64,000 nucleotides of DNA from contig CM075990.1 in assembly GCA_038087875.1 (NCBI GenBank), forward strand, positions 1,924,001 to 1,988,000, written 5' to 3'. The notes under the pieces are model-generated. The model saw only the letters and a program-made list of their open reading frames with translations, searched no databases and was not told the origin of the DNA. The stretch comes from Malacoraja senta. Taxonomy: Eukaryota. Below, one piece after another: positions 1 through 13,246 of this stretch. A program made the position numbers and the translations under genes. The number at the start of each line of letters is the position of its first letter. Positions within the stretch are counted from its first letter, which is position 1.

Positions 1-242
1 ACAGGTGCTGTCTGTACAGAGTTTGTACGTTCTCCCCGTGATCTGCATGGGTTTTCTCCAAGATCTTTGGTTTCCTCCCACACTACAAAGACGTACAGGT
101 TTGTTGGTTAATTGGCTTGGTATAAATGTAAAATTGTCCCTGGTGTGTGTCGAGTAGTGTTAATGTGCGAGCATCGCTTGTCGGTGCGGACTCGGTGGGC
201 CAAAGGGCCGGCTTCCATGCTCTATCTCTAAACTAAACTGAA
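1..242 (+). mobile_element. tRNA-derived V-SINE (HE1-like), 5' end cut by window edge
   Basis: V-SINE-like core (gagtttgtacgttctccccgtg...ggtttcctcccacac), CR1-like 3' part (tgggccaaagggcc) and ctaaa tail; similar to the full copy at 17578. Confidence 0.8.
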
Positions 243-356
243 CCTGCAGCTTTGTACTTCATTCAGAAATCAGTTAGGGCAGGCTGGAGTGGGATTCAGA
301 GGGTGAATTCAAGCAGGTGCACTGCCCCTGCTGTCATTCTTGGGTACTCTCTCTCC

Positions 357-1222
357 CCGGGGTGGAAATCGCTATCAAAACATGGGGGGAGGGGCAGAAA
401 TCCTTGGTAGCCACGTGCATGCGCGCACACACACACACAAACGCGAGGCTTCGGCCATGGGCCATGTGGACGGTAACATCGGGAGCTGACCTGGTTGGTG
501 ACCGACTCGGAATTCCAGCAACAGCAGCTTTGTCCGTCCGCTCCGAATCATGGGGCTTGAATCGGCCTGTTGGCGGGGCCTTTCATCGCCCGGCCGGCGC
601 GGGCTTCAATATCGGGAAACTCGATCGCCTCAATGCAGCAGATTGATTTTAAGCCGCGCCGGGCGATGAAAGGCCCCGCAGATCGGCCTATTCAGCCCTC
701 AGAAAACGTCTGATACCGGCTTGAATCTTTCAAAAGCTACAATATGATAAATAACACTTAAACAAATAAAACTGAAGCAAATAAAGGCAAACAGAAGACC
801 GACCTTGGAGGGGGAGAGAGAGATTGGAAAAAATACTAAATAATGTGAGTGACCTGAATGAAGGACTTACCTGCAAGCGAGCCAGGAAACCCGTTCGAAC
901 CGTTTAAATCTTTCCCATCCACCAATACATCCAATTAGTTCAAATGGTAATTGTCCCCGCATCAGACAGCTTTAAGAAATTCTCCGTGAATACCTTCAGT
1001 AATACTTGAAGGTCAAAACATAATTGGTGACACATCGTGTTAATACGATGTTAAGAGAGACAATTAACAAGCGCTTAACAGTGACACCGTAAGCAGAGAT
1101 TTTAATAGATTTTTTTCCCACCGAATTTCAAAATCCGGATTACAAAACATGGGGGGATTGCCCCCACCTTTTAAAACATGGGGGGACGTCCTCCCCCCTC
1201 CCCCCTGGGATTTCCGCCCATG
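357..1222. mobile_element. Non-autonomous hAT-type DNA transposon (MITE)
   Basis: Imperfect TIRs (ccggggtggaaatc / gatttccgcccatg) with a perfect 8-bp TSD CTCTCTCC at 349-356 and 1223-1230; related copy at 30752-31202. Confidence 0.8.
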
Positions 1223-1844
1223 CTCTCTCCCACCCTTCCCTTTCAGATCTGCGAAGCACATACCACTAGCTGCACTATCGCTGCGGCCAATTCACATGCC
1301 ATTCCCACTGCAAGCATCAGCTGCATCAGGAGGACAGGCCCCCAGTGTAAGTGAACGGGCAACCAGACAAAGACACAGTGAGAAGCCGGGAGGGATGGCT
1401 GATTGAAGCCCATGCACAATAGACAAGGAGGGAGGGCCAGCCAAATGTATTCGGTATTGTGATTGGCAAGAGGGATGGTGTATTGAAGTGTATTGGCAGG
1501 GAGGACAGCCTATTCTGATCGACAGGATGGCCGATTAAGTCAGACTTGGCCGCGGAAGGACGAAGAACAACTTCTAATCCACTAAAACTCACACACGGAA
1601 TTTAAAATATGCATTTTAAGCTTCTATTGCTGTTGAAGAGTTTCAGTGAATGCCAAGATCCACCAGGTACTCACTGGTTTCTGACACTCTGAAAAGACAT
1701 TTGGACAGAAATATTGACAAAGGGTTTAGAGGACTGTGGGCCAAATGAGCCCAGTTTACCAACTTGCTTGGCAAGGCCAACTTATAACATGTTGGATGAC
1801 TACAACACCATAACTATCCTGGAATCCCAGGATGGACATGATTC

Positions 1845-2160
1845 CATTCACGGGTCCAGGCAGAGGGCAGTCGATGGCCGCACAGGAGTCGGCTGCCTGC
1901 CCCTTTTCCGGGGTTACGTCCGTGCCCACATGTCCCCGGAGAGGGAACACACGGTGTGCACGGGGACGCTAGAAGGCTTCCGCGGACGTTGGTCGCCGCG
2001 GGAGGTCGATTGTATTATAGACAAAGATGGCGGGATCATAATTTGAATTTTTGTCTTGTTTGTAAACTGCCGATACAGGCAGCTTTTGATATGAATGTTA
2101 TACTACTTTGTATGTTGATTTTGTTTTTGGAATAAAGTATTTATAAAAGAATTTTAAAAA
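1845..2160 (+). mobile_element. Tx1/L1-clade LINE 3' fragment
   Basis: C-terminal peptide GCLPLFRGYVRA...GTLEGFRGRW resembles Tx1 ORF2 ends; followed by a T-rich 3'UTR, AATAAA and an A-rich tail. Confidence 0.55.
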
Positions 2161-2465
2161 TGGGATGGACATGGTTGTGCTGAGGACCTCCTGTGAGAAA
2201 GGGGTGAATGGACAGCAAGGGATCCTGCAGCCAGGGAAGCTCCAGGGTAATAAGGTAATTAGTGATAGGAGCAGAATTTGGCCATTCTGCCCATCTACTC
2301 CGCCATGCAATCATGGCTGATCTATCTCTTCCTCCTAACCGCATTCTCCTGCCTTCTCCCCATAACCCGACACCCGGACTGCTCACGGGCAGCCGTGACC
2401 TGCTGAGGCGGAGGGCTCCAGGAGGAAGAGCGAGAGTGCACGAGGATGGGACGGTCAGGGCTCAC

Positions 2466-2539
2466 CTGAGTGCTTTCCAGCGCGCCCAGCTTCTCGGGAC
2501 GAGACCAGATACCTCTGGATGACATCAAGAGGCCAACAC
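2466..2539 (-). CDS. Candidate exon of the SUN2-like gene
   Basis: Strong acceptor (cctttctgcctctgcag|) and donor (CAG|gtgagc) on the minus strand in non-repeat sequence; 74 nt; phase-1 reading GVGLLMSSRGIWSRPEKLGALESTQ. No clear homology recognised. Confidence 0.4.
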
Positions 2540-2619
2540 CTGCAGAGGCAGAAAGGTTGCACTGAAGCAAGGAACATTCAAGGTATGCAGTTGACTCAGG
2601 CAGCTACCTCACTGCGCTC

Positions 2620-3897
2620 AGTCTGCCTGGACCCACCTGATCTCCCGTTTGCCAAACACTTTCACTTTTAACAACTGCATTGGTGCTACCTCCTGCACCC
2701 ACACACAACTCACTGACTTCATCCATTTCACCACTAACTTCCATCCAGCACTCAAATACACCTGGACACCCATTTCCGACATTTCCCGACCATTTCTAGA
2801 CCTCACTATCTCCATCGTAGGTGATGGACCTCTGACCGACATCCACTATAAACCCACTGACTCCCATGGCAATCTGGACTACACTTCTTCCCACACTGCT
2901 TCCTGTAAGGACTCCATCCCCTACTCCCAATTCCTTCGTCTACGCCGCATCTGCTCACAGGATGAGGAGTTCCACACCAGGGCATCGGAGATGTCCTCAT
3001 TCTTCAGGGAACGGGGGTTCCCCTCTCCTACCATAGATGAGGATCTCACCAGGGTTTCTTCGATACCCTGTGACACTGCTCCCCCAACTCGTAACAAGGG
3101 CAGCGTCCCCCTAGTCCTCACCTTCCACCCTACCAGCCGTCACGTACAACAAATAATCCTCCGACATTTTCGCCACCTCCAACGGGATCCTACCACTGGC
3201 CACATCTTGCCGTCTCCTCCCCTTTCTGCTTTCCACAGAGACCGCTCCCTCCGTAACTCCCTGGTCAATTCGTCCTTTTCCACCCAAACCACCCCCTCCC
3301 CTGGCACTTTCCCTTGAAACCGCAGGAAATGCTACTCTTGTAGCTTTACCTCCACCCTTGACTCCATCCTAAGCAGTCTTTCCAGGTGAGGCAGAGGTTC
3401 ACCTGCACCTCCTCCAACCTCATCTATTGCATCCGCTGCTCTAGGTGTCAACTGCTCTACATCGGTGAAACCAAGCATAGGCCTGGCGATCGCTTCACCC
3501 AACAGCTCCGCACAGTTCGCATTAACCAACCTGATCTCCCGGTGGCTCAGCACTTCAACTCCCCCTCCTATTCCGAATCCGACATTTATGTCCTGGGCCT
3601 CCTCCATGGCCAGAGTGAGTTCCATCGCAAATTGGAGGAGCAGCACCTCATATTTCGCTTGGGTAGCTTCCACCCCAGCTGTATGAACATTGACTTCTCC
3701 ACTTTCAGGTAGTCCTTGCTTTCTCCCTCCTTCCCCTCCCCAGCTCTCCCTCAGCCCATTGTCTCCGCCTCTTCCTTTCTTCTTCCCGCCACCCCATCAG
3801 TCTGAAGAAGGGTCTCGACCCAAAACGTCACCTATTCCTTCGCTCCATAGATGCTGCCTCACCCGCTGAGTTTCTCCAGCATTTTTGTCTACCTTCC
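2620..3897 (+). mobile_element. Penelope-like retroelement, 3' half (RT C-terminus, GIY-YIG endonuclease, 3' terminal repeat)
   Basis: ORF 2649-3317 (PFLDL, YKPTD) and ORF 3386-3712 (FTCTSSNLIYCIRCSRCQLLYIGET...VAQHFN, GIY-YIG); terminal tctgaagaagggtctcgacccaaaacgtc motif. Confidence 0.9.
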
Positions 3898-4575
3898 GTC
3901 CAACTGTCTTTCTCCTCGGTAAATACAGAGCAGAAATATTCATTGAGGACCTTGCTCATCTCCTGTAGCTCCACACAGATGTGACTGCTTTGATTCCTGA
4001 GAGGTCCAACTCTCTCTCTGGTTAGCCTTTTCCCCCTTACGTATTTATAAAATCTTTTGGGACTGTTGCTACCCACCAGAGCTATCTCCTGGCTCCTTTT
4101 TGCCCTTCTGATCACCTTTTTCAGTTTACTCCTTAGTTCCCGAAACTCCTCCAGGGATGCACTTGATCCCAGCTGCCTATACCTGTCCCTTGCAGCCTTC
4201 TTGTTTTTGACCAATGCTACAATTTCCCTTGTCAGCCAAGCTTCCTTACGTTTGCTTGCTTTGCCCTTCACTCTAACGGGGACGTACATATCCTGAGCTT
4301 TCGTCAGCACACTTAAAACATCCCATTTTTCCCCTCTAATAACCTGCTCCAGTCAACTTGAGCAAGACTTTCTCTCATGCCCTCAAAGTTGGCCTTACCC
4401 CAGTTGCGCATTTTAACACGTGGACCCTCTCCGTCCCCATCCATAACTATCTTAAACCTAATCGAACTGTGGTCACTAGACCCAAAAAGCTCCTCCACAC
4501 ACACTACATTAACTTGTCTTTCCCAATACTAGATCCAGTGTTGCCTTCCCACATGTGGGGGCCTCCAAATACCGA
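3898..4575 (-). mobile_element. CR1 LINE ORF2 internal fragment (EN C-terminus/linker), decayed
   Basis: ORFs 3828-4310 and 4313-4504 (GSSDH..NWGKANF, KRFYKYVRGK, LNEYFCSVFTEE). Confidence 0.85.
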
Positions 4576-4579
4576 ATAC

Positions 4580-7500
4580 ATTTGTTTCGTTTTTCTCTTT
4601 TTTTTTGTTAATTTTTCTATTTTGCCTCTTTTTTTTCTCATTTTTTTATTTTTTTCTCGTTTTTATTTTTTTCTCATTATTTATTTTTCTCGTTTTTATT
4701 TTTTATTTTTTTTCTTTTTTTTTCTTTTTCTCGTTTTTCTTTTTTCTCTATTTTTTTTCGCATTTTCTCTTTTTTCTACTTATCCTCCTTTTCCTCCTTT
4801 TTCTTTTTTGTCTTTTTTTTCTCATTTTCTCTTTTTTCTCTTTTTTCTTATCCTCCTTTTCCTCCTTTTTCTCTTTATTCTTGTTTTTCTTTTTTACTCC
4901 TTTTTTTCTCTTTTTTCTTCTCTTTTTTCTCGTTTTTACTTTTATTTTTTCTCTTTTTTCACATTTTAATCTTTTTTCTCTTTTCTTTTACCCCTTTTCT
5001 ATTTTTTCTCTTTTATCTTTTTTTCCTCGTTTTCTTTTTTCTCATTTTTCTTTTTTCTCTTTTTTCTCGTTTTACTTTCCCCCTCTTTTTTCTATTTTTT
5101 TCTTTTTACTTTTATTTTTTTTTGTTTCTCAATTTACTCGTTTTTCTTTTTCTCGTATTTCTCTTTTTTCTCGTTTCTCTTTTTTCTTTTTTTCTCTTTT
5201 TCTTTTGAATTTTTTCTCATTTTTTTCTCGTTTTTCTTTTTTTCTCATAATTTATATTTCTCTTTTTTCACCTTTTTCTAGTTTTTCTCTTTTCTTTTTA
5301 TTTCTCTTTTTTTTTCTCTTTTTTCTATTTTATTCTTTTTACTTTTATTCAACTTTTTTCTCTTTTTTCTTGTATTTCTCTTTTTCTTTTGACTTTTTTC
5401 TCTACTTTTTTTCTTTTTTTCTCGTTTTTTTACATTTTCCTATTTTTCTTTTTTCTCTTTTTCTCTTTTTTCTCGTTTTTATTTTTTTTCTCTTTTCTTT
5501 TTATTTCTCTTTTTTTTCTTCTCTTTTTTCTATTTTATTCTTTTTACTTTTATTCAACTTTTTTCTCTTTTTTCTTGTATTTCTCTTTTTCTTTTGACTT
5601 TTTTCTCGTTTTACTTTTTTTCTTTTTTTCTCGTTTTTTTCCTTTTCCTTTTTTTCTTTTTTCTCTTTTTTTCTTTTTCTCTTTTATTTTTTTTTGTTTC
5701 TCAATTTACTCGTTTTTCTTTTTCTCGTATTTCTCATTTTTCTCGTTTCTCTTTTTTCTTTTTTTCTCTTTTTCTTTTGAATTTTTTCTCATTTTTTTTC
5801 TCGTTTTTCTTTTTTTCTCATAATTTATTTTTCTCTTTTTTCACCTTTTTCTAGTTTTTCTCTTTTCTTTTTATTTCTCTTTTTTTTTTCTCTTTTTTCT
5901 ATTTTATTCTTTTTACTTTTATTCAACTTTTTCTTTTTTTTCTCAATTTTCTCGTTTTTCTCTTTTTTCTTGTATTTCTCTTTTTCTTTTGACTTTTTTC
6001 TCGTTTTACTTTTTTTCTTTTTTTCTCGTTTTTTTACATTTTCCTTTTTTTCTTTTTTCTCTTTTTTTCTTTTTCTCTTTTTTCTCGTTTTTATTTTTTT
6101 CTCTTTTCTTTTTCCCCTCTTTTTTCTCTTTTTTCTCGTTTTTCTTTTAACTTTTTCGTTTTTCTCTTTTTTTTTGTTCATTTTTCTATTTTGCCTTTTT
6201 TTTCTCATTTTTTTCTTTTTTTCTCGTTTTTATTTTTTTCTCATTATTTATTTTTCTCGTTTTTATTTTTTATTTTTTTTATTTTTTTTCTTTTTCTCGT
6301 TTTTCTTTTTTCTCTATTTTTTTTCGCATTTTCTCTTTTTTCTACTTATCCTCCTTTTCCTCCTTTTTCTATTTTTTCTTTTTTTCTCTTTTTTCTAGTT
6401 TTTCTTTTTTGTCTTTTTTTTCACATTTTCTCTTTTTTCTCTTTTTTCTTATCCTCCTTTTCCTCCTTTTTCTCTTGATTCTTTTTCTCGTATTTCTCTT
6501 TTTTCTCGTTTCTCTTTTTTCTTTTTTTCTCTTTTTCTTTTGAATTTTTTCTCTTTTTTTTTCTTTTTTCTCTTTTCTTTTACCCCTTTTCTATTTTTTC
6601 TCTTTTATCTTTTTTTTCCTCGTTTTCTTTTTTCTCATTTTTCTTTTTTATCTTTTTTCTCGTTTTACTTTCCCCCTCTTTTTTCTATTTTTTTCTTTTT
6701 ACTTTAAAAAAAAAAAAAAATCCTCAATTTTCTCGTTTTTCTTTTTCTCGTATTTCTCTTTTTTTCTCGTTTCTCTTTTTTCTTTTTTTCTCTTTTTCTT
6801 TTGAATTTTTTCTCTTTTTTTTTCTTCTCTTTTTTCTCGTTTTTCTTTTTTTCTCATAATTTATTTTTCTCATTTTTCTTTTTTCTCTTTTTTCTCGTTT
6901 TACTTTCCCCCTCTTTTTTCTATTTTTTTCTTTTTACTTTTATTTTTTTTTGTTTCTCAATTTACTCGTTTTTCTTTTTCTCGTATTTCTCTTTTTTCTC
7001 GTTTCTCTTTTTTCTTTTTTTCTCTTTTTCTTTTGAATTTTTTCTCATTTTTTTTCTCGTTTTTCTTTTTTTCTCATAATTTATTTTTCTCTTTTTTCAC
7101 CTTTTTCTAGTTTTTCTCTTTTCTTTTTATTTCTCTTTTTTTTTTCTCTTTTTTCTATTTTATTCTTTTTACTTTTATTCAACTTTTTCTTTTTTTTCTC
7201 AATTTTCTCGTTTTTCTCTTTTTTCTTGTATTTCTCTTTTTCTTTTGACTTTTTTCTCGTTTTACTTTTTTTCTTTTTTTCTCGTTTTTTTACATTTTCC
7301 TTTTTTTCTTTTTTCTCTTTTTTTCTTTTTCTCTTTTTTCTCGTTTTTATTTTTTTCTCTTTTCTTTTTCCCCTCTTTTTTCTCTTTTTTCTCGTTTTTC
7401 TTTTAACTTTTTCGTTTTTCTCTTTTTTTTGTTCATTTTTCTATTTTGCCTCTTTTTTTTCTCATTTTTTTCTTTTTTTCTCGTTTTTATTTTTTTCTCA

Positions 7501-10500
7501 TTATTTATTTTTCTCGTTTTTATTTTTTATTTTTTTTATTTTTTTTCTTTTTCTCGTTTTTCTTTTTTCTCTATTTTTTTTCGCATTTTCTCTTTTTTCT
7601 ACTTATCCTCCTTTTCCTCCTTTTTCTATTTTTTCTTTTTTTCTCTTTTTTCTAGTTTTTCTTTTTTGTCTTTTTTTTCACATTTTCTCTTTTTTCTCTT
7701 TTTTCTTATCCTCCTTTTCCTCCTTTTTCTCTTGAATCTTTTTCTCGTATTTCTCTTTTTTCTCGTTTCTCTTTTTTCTTTTTTTCTCTTTTTCTTTTGA
7801 ATTTTTTCTCTTTTTTTTTCTTTTTTCTCTTTTCTTTTACCCCTTTTCTATTTTTTCTCTTTTATCTTTTTTTTCCTCGTTTTCTTTTTTCTCATTTTTC
7901 TTTTTTATCTTTTTTCTCGTTTTACTTTCCCCCTCTTTTTTCTATTTTTTTCTTTTTACTTTAAAAAAAAAAAAAAATCCTCAATTTTCTCGTTTTTCTT
8001 TTTCTCGTATTTCTCTTTTTTTCTCGTTTCTCTTTTTTCTTTTTTTCTCTTTTTCTTTTGAATTTTTTCTCTTTTTTTTTCTTCTCTTTTTTCTCGTTTT
8101 TCTTTTTTTCTCATAATTTATTTTTCTCATTTTTCTTTTTTCTCTTTTTTCTCGTTTTACTTTCCCCCTCTTTTTTCTATTTTTTTCTTTTTACTTTTAT
8201 TTTTTTTTGTTTCTCAATTTACTCGTTTTTCTTTTTCTCGTATTTCTCTTTTTTCTCGTTTCTCTTTTTTCTTTTTTTCTCTTTTTCTTTTGAATTTTTT
8301 CTCATTTTTTTCTCGTTTTTCTTTTTTTCTCATAATTTATATTTCTCTTTTTTCACCTTTTTCTAGTTTTTCTCTTTTCTTTTTATTTCTCTTTTTTTTT
8401 CTCTTTTTTCTATTTTATTCTTTTTACTTTTATTCAACTTTTTTCTCTTTTTTCTTGTATTTCTCTTTTTCTTTTGACTTTTTTCTCTACTTTTTTTCTT
8501 TTTTTCTCGTTTTTTTACATTTTCCTATTTTTCTTTTTTCTCTTTTTTTCTTTTTTCTCGTTTTTATTTTTTTTCTCTTTTCTTTTTATTTCTCTTTTTT
8601 TTCTTCTCTTTTTTCTATTTTATTCTTTTTACTTTTATTCAACTTTTTTCTCTTTTTTCTTGTATTTCTCTTTTTCTTTTGACTTTTTTCTCGTTTTAAT
8701 TTTTTTCTTTTTTTCTCGTTTTTTTCCTTTTCCTTTTTTTCTTTTTTCTCTTTTTTTCTTTTTCTCTTTTTTCTCGTTTTTATTTTTTATTTTTTTTATT
8801 TTTCTCGTTTTTCTTTTTTCTCTATTTTTTTCGCATTTTCTCTTTTTTCTACTTATCCTCCTTTTCCTCCTTTTTCTATTTTTTCTCTTTTTTAAATTTT
8901 ATCTCGTTTTTCTCATTTCTCTTTTTTCTAGTTTTTCTTTTTTGTCTTTTTTCTTGTTTTTCTTTTTTACTCCTTTTTTTCTCTTTTTTCTTGTTTTTTT
9001 TTCTTCTCTTTTTTCTCGTTTTTACTTTTATTTTTTCTCTTTTTTCACATTTTTATCTTTTTTCTCTTTTCTTTTACCCCTTTTCTATTTTTTCTCTTTT
9101 ATCTTTTTTTTCCTCGTTTTCTTTTTTCTCATTTTTCTTTTTTATCTTTTTTCTCGTTTTACTTTCCCCCTCTTTTTTCTATTTTTTTCTTTTTACTTTA
9201 AAAAAAAAAAAAAATCCTCAATTTTCTCGTTTTTCTTTTTCTCGTATTTCTCTTTTTTTCTCGTTTCTCTTTTTTCTTTTTTTCTCTTTTTCTTTTGAAT
9301 TTTTTCTCTTTTTTTTTCTTCTCTTTTTTCTCGTTTTTCTTTTTTTCTCATAATTTATTTTTCTCATTTTTCTTTTTTCTCTTTTTTCTCGTTTTACTTT
9401 CCCCCTCTTTTTTCTATTTTTTTCTTTTTACTTTTATTTTTTTTTGTTTCTCAATTTACTCGTTTTTCTTTTTCTCGTATTTCTCTTTTTTCTCGTTTCT
9501 CTTTTTTCTTTTTTTCTCTTTTTCTTTTGAATTTTTTCTCATTTTTTTCTCGTTTTTCTTTTTTTCTCATAATTTATATTTCTCTTTTTTCACCTTTTTC
9601 TAGTTTTTCTCTTTTCTTTTTATTTCTCTTTTTTTTTCTCTTTTTTCTATTTTATTCTTTTTACTTTTATTCAACTTTTTTCTCTTTTTTCTTGTATTTC
9701 TCTTTTTCTTTTGACTTTTTTCTCTACTTTTTTTCTTTTTTTCTCGTTTTTTTACATTTTCCTATTTTTCTTTTTTCTCTTTTTTTCTTTTTTCTCGTTT
9801 TTATTTTTTTTCTCTTTTCTTTTTATTTCTCTTTTTTTTCTTCTCTTTTTTCTATTTTATTCTTTTTACTTTTATTCAACTTTTTTCTCTTTTTTCTTGT
9901 ATTTCTCTTTTTCTTTTGACTTTTTTCTCGTTTTAATTTTTTTCTTTTTTTCTCGTTTTTTTCCTTTTCCTTTTTTTCTTTTTTCTCTTTTTTTCTTTTT
10001 CTCTTTTTTCTCGTTTTTATTTTTTATTTTTTTTATTTTTCTCGTTTTTCTTTTTTCTCTATTTTTTTCGCATTTTCTCTTTTTTCTACTTATCCTCCTT
10101 TTCCTCCTTTTTCTATTTTTTCTCTTTTTTAAATTTTATCTCGTTTTTCTCATTTCTCTTTTTTCTAGTTTTTCTTTTTTGTCTTTTTTCTTGTTTTTCT
10201 TTTTTACTCCTTTTTTTCTCTTTTTTCTTGTTTTTTTTTCTTCTCTTTTTTCTCGTTTTTACTTTTATTTTTTCTCTTTTTTCACATTTTTATCTTTTTT
10301 CTCTTTTCTTTTACCCCTTTTCTATTTTTTCTCTTTTATCTTTTTTTTCCTCGTTTTCTTTTTTCTCATTTTTCTTTTTTATCTTTTTTCTCGTTTTACT
10401 TTCCCCCTCTTTTTTCTATTTTTTTCTTTTTACTTTAAAAAAAAAAAAAAATCCTCAATTTTCTCGTTTTTCTTTTTCTCGTATTTCTCTTTTTTTCTCG

Positions 10501-13246
10501 TTTCTCTTTTTTCTTTTTTTCTCTTTTTCTTTTGAATTTTTTCTCTTTTTTTTTCTTCTCTTTTTTCTCGTTTTTCTTTTTTTCTCATAATTTATTTTTC
10601 TCATTTTTCTTTTTTCTCTTTTTTCTCGTTTTACTTTCCCCCTCTTTTTTCTATTTTTTTCTTTTTACTTTTATTTTTTTTTGTTTCTCAATTTACTCGT
10701 TTTTCTTTTTCTCGTATTTCTCTTTTTTCTCGTTTCTCTTTTTTCTTTTTTTCTCTTTTTCTTTTGAATTTTTTCTCATTTTTTTCTCGTTTTTCTTTTT
10801 TTCTCATAATTTATATTTCTCTTTTTTCACCTTTTTCTAGTTTTTCTCTTTTCTTTTTATTTCTCTTTTTTTTTCTCTTTTTTCTATTTTATTCTTTTTA
10901 CTTTTATTCAACTTTTTTCTCTTTTTTCTTGTATTTCTCTTTTTCTTTTGACTTTTTTCTCTACTTTTTTTCTTTTTTTCTCGTTTTTTTACATTTTCCT
11001 ATTTTTCTTTTTTCTCTTTTTTTCTTTTTTCTCGTTTTTATTTTTTTTCTCTTTTCTTTTTATTTCTCTTTTTTTTCTTCTCTTTTTTCTATTTTATTCT
11101 TTTTACTTTTATTCAACTTTTTTCTCTTTTTTCTTGTATTTCTCTTTTTCTTTTGACTTTTTTCTCGTTTTAATTTTTTTCTTTTTTTCTCGTTTTTTTC
11201 CTTTTCCTTTTTTTCTTTTTTCTCTTTTTTTCTTTTTCTCTTTTTTCTCGTTTTTATTTTTTTCTCTTTTCTTTTTCCCCTCTTTTTTCTCTTTTTTCTC
11301 GTTTTTCTTTTAACTTTTTCGTTTTTCTCTTTTTTTTTGTTCATTTTTCTATTTTGCCTCTTTTTTTTCTCATTTTTTTCTTTTTTTCTCGTTTTTATTT
11401 TTTTCTCATTATTTATTTTTCTCGTTTTTATTTTTTATTTTTTTTCTTTTTCTCGTTTTTCTTTTTTCTCTATTTTTTTCGCATTTTCTCTTTTTTCTAC
11501 TTATCCTCCTTTTCCTCCTTTTTCTATTTTTTCTCTTTTTTAAATTTTATCTCGTTTTTCTCATTTCTCTTTTTTCTAGTTTTTCTTTTTTGTCTTTTTT
11601 CTTGTTTTTCTTTTTTACTCCTTTTTTTCTCTTTTTTCTTGTTTTTTTTTCTTCTCTTTTTTCTCGTTTTTACTTTTATTTTTTCTCTTTTTTCACATTT
11701 TTATCTTTTTTCTCTTTTCTTTTACCCCTTTTCTATTTTTTCTCTTTTATCTTTTTTTTCCTCGTTTTCTTTTTTCTCATTTTTCTTTTTTCTCTTTTTT
11801 CTCGTTTTACTTTCCCCCTCTTTTTTCTATTTTTTTCTTTTTACTTTTTTTTATTTTTTTTCCCTCAATTTCTCGTATTTCTCTTTTTTCTTTTTTTCTC
11901 TTTTTCTTTTGAATTTTTTCTCTTTTTTTTTCCTTCTCTTTTTTCTCGTTTTTCTTTTTTTCTCATAATTTATTTTTCTCTTTTTTCACCTTTTTCTAGG
12001 TTTTCTCTTTTCTTTTTATTTCTCTTTTTTTCCCTCTCCTCGTTTTTTTTTCATTTTCCTTTTTTTCTTTTTTCTCTTTTTTTATTTTTCTCTTTTTTCT
12101 CGTTTTCTCTTTTTTCTCGTTTTTATTTTTTTCTCCTTTCTTTTCCCCCTTTTTTCCCCTCGTTTTTCTCTTTTTTTCTGTTCATTTTTCTATTTTGCCT
12201 CTTTTTTTCTCATTTTTTTCTTTTTTTCTCATTATTTATTTTTCTCTTTTTTCACCTTTTTCTCGTTTTTCTTTTTTCTTTTTCTCGTTTTTCTTTTTTT
12301 CTCTATTTTTTTCCGCATTTTCTCTTTTTTCTTCTTATCCTCCTTTTTCTCTTTTTTCTCTTTTTTTCTCTTTTTTAAATTTTATCTCGTTTTTCTCATT
12401 TTTCTTTTTTCTCATTTTTCTTTTTTCTCTTTTTTCTATTTTTTTCTTTATACTTTTTTGTTTCTCAATTTTCTCATTTTTCTTTTTCTCGTATTTCTCT
12501 TTTTTCTCGTTTCTTTTTTTCTCTTTTTCTTTTGAATTTTTTCTCTTTTTTTTCCTTCTCTTTTTTCTCGTTTTTCTTTTTTTCTCATAATTTATTTTTC
12601 TCTTTTTTCACCTTTTTCTAGTTTTTTCTCTTTTTTTATTTTCTCCTTTTTATCTTTTTTCTCTTTTCTCTATTTTTTCTTTTTTCTCCTTTTTCTCCTT
12701 TTTTTATTTTTTCTCCTTTTTCTCTACTTTTTCTCTTTTTTTTAATTTTTTCTCCTTTTTCTTTTTTCTCCTTTTTCTCTTTTTAAATTTTTTTTATTTC
12801 TCGTTCTCTTTTTTTATTTTTTCTCTTTTATAATTTTTACTCCTTTTTCTTTTTCATCTTTTTTTTAAATTTTATCTCCTTTTTCTTTTTTCTTTTTCTC
12901 TTTTTTTTATTTTTACTCCTTTTTCTCTTTCTTTATTTTTTCTCATTTTTCTTTTTTCATTTTTTCTCCTTTCTCTTTTTTTTTTTTTTTTTTTTCTCAT
13001 TCTCTTTTTTTATTTTCTCCTTTTTCTCTTTTTTTCCTTTTTCTCTTTTTTCTCCTTTTTCTTTTTTTTATTTTTCTCTTTTAAAAAAAAAGTTCTCCTT
13101 TTTCTTTTTTTCTCCTTTTTCTCTTTTTTTTTTTTTTTTTCCTTTTTCTCCTTTTTCTTTACCCCCTTTTTTCTATTTTTTTCTCGTTTTTCTTTTTTCC
13201 CCTCCTTTTTCTCGTTTTTCTCTTTTTCTTCATTTTTTTTACATTT
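4580..13246. repeat. ~8.7 kb T-rich polypyrimidine low-complexity array with higher-order repeats (~1256 bp and 1237 bp units)
   Basis: T(4-8)CTC(G)/TTTTAT submotifs; identical translated blocks at 8058/9295/10532 (period 1237) and near-identical at 5970/7226 and 6801/8058 (period 1256-1257); A-run landmarks at ~6706, 7963, 9200, 10437. Confidence 0.95.

Noticed and set aside
865..960. Minus-strand donor CAG|gtaagt and a WMYWWMG peptide reminiscent of SUN2 LYWW
   Set aside because: It lies inside a TSD-bounded hAT MITE, that frame stops immediately, and there is no good acceptor.
4358..12590. Many long Phe/Leu/Ser-rich (+) and Lys/Arg/Glu-rich (-) ORFs
   Set aside because: Artefacts of stop-poor low-complexity DNA; they occur in overlapping frames and show no gene structure.
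4580..13246. CRISPR-like or telomeric array
   Set aside because: No constant repeat with unique spacers, no cas genes and no TTAGGG; the context is eukaryotic.
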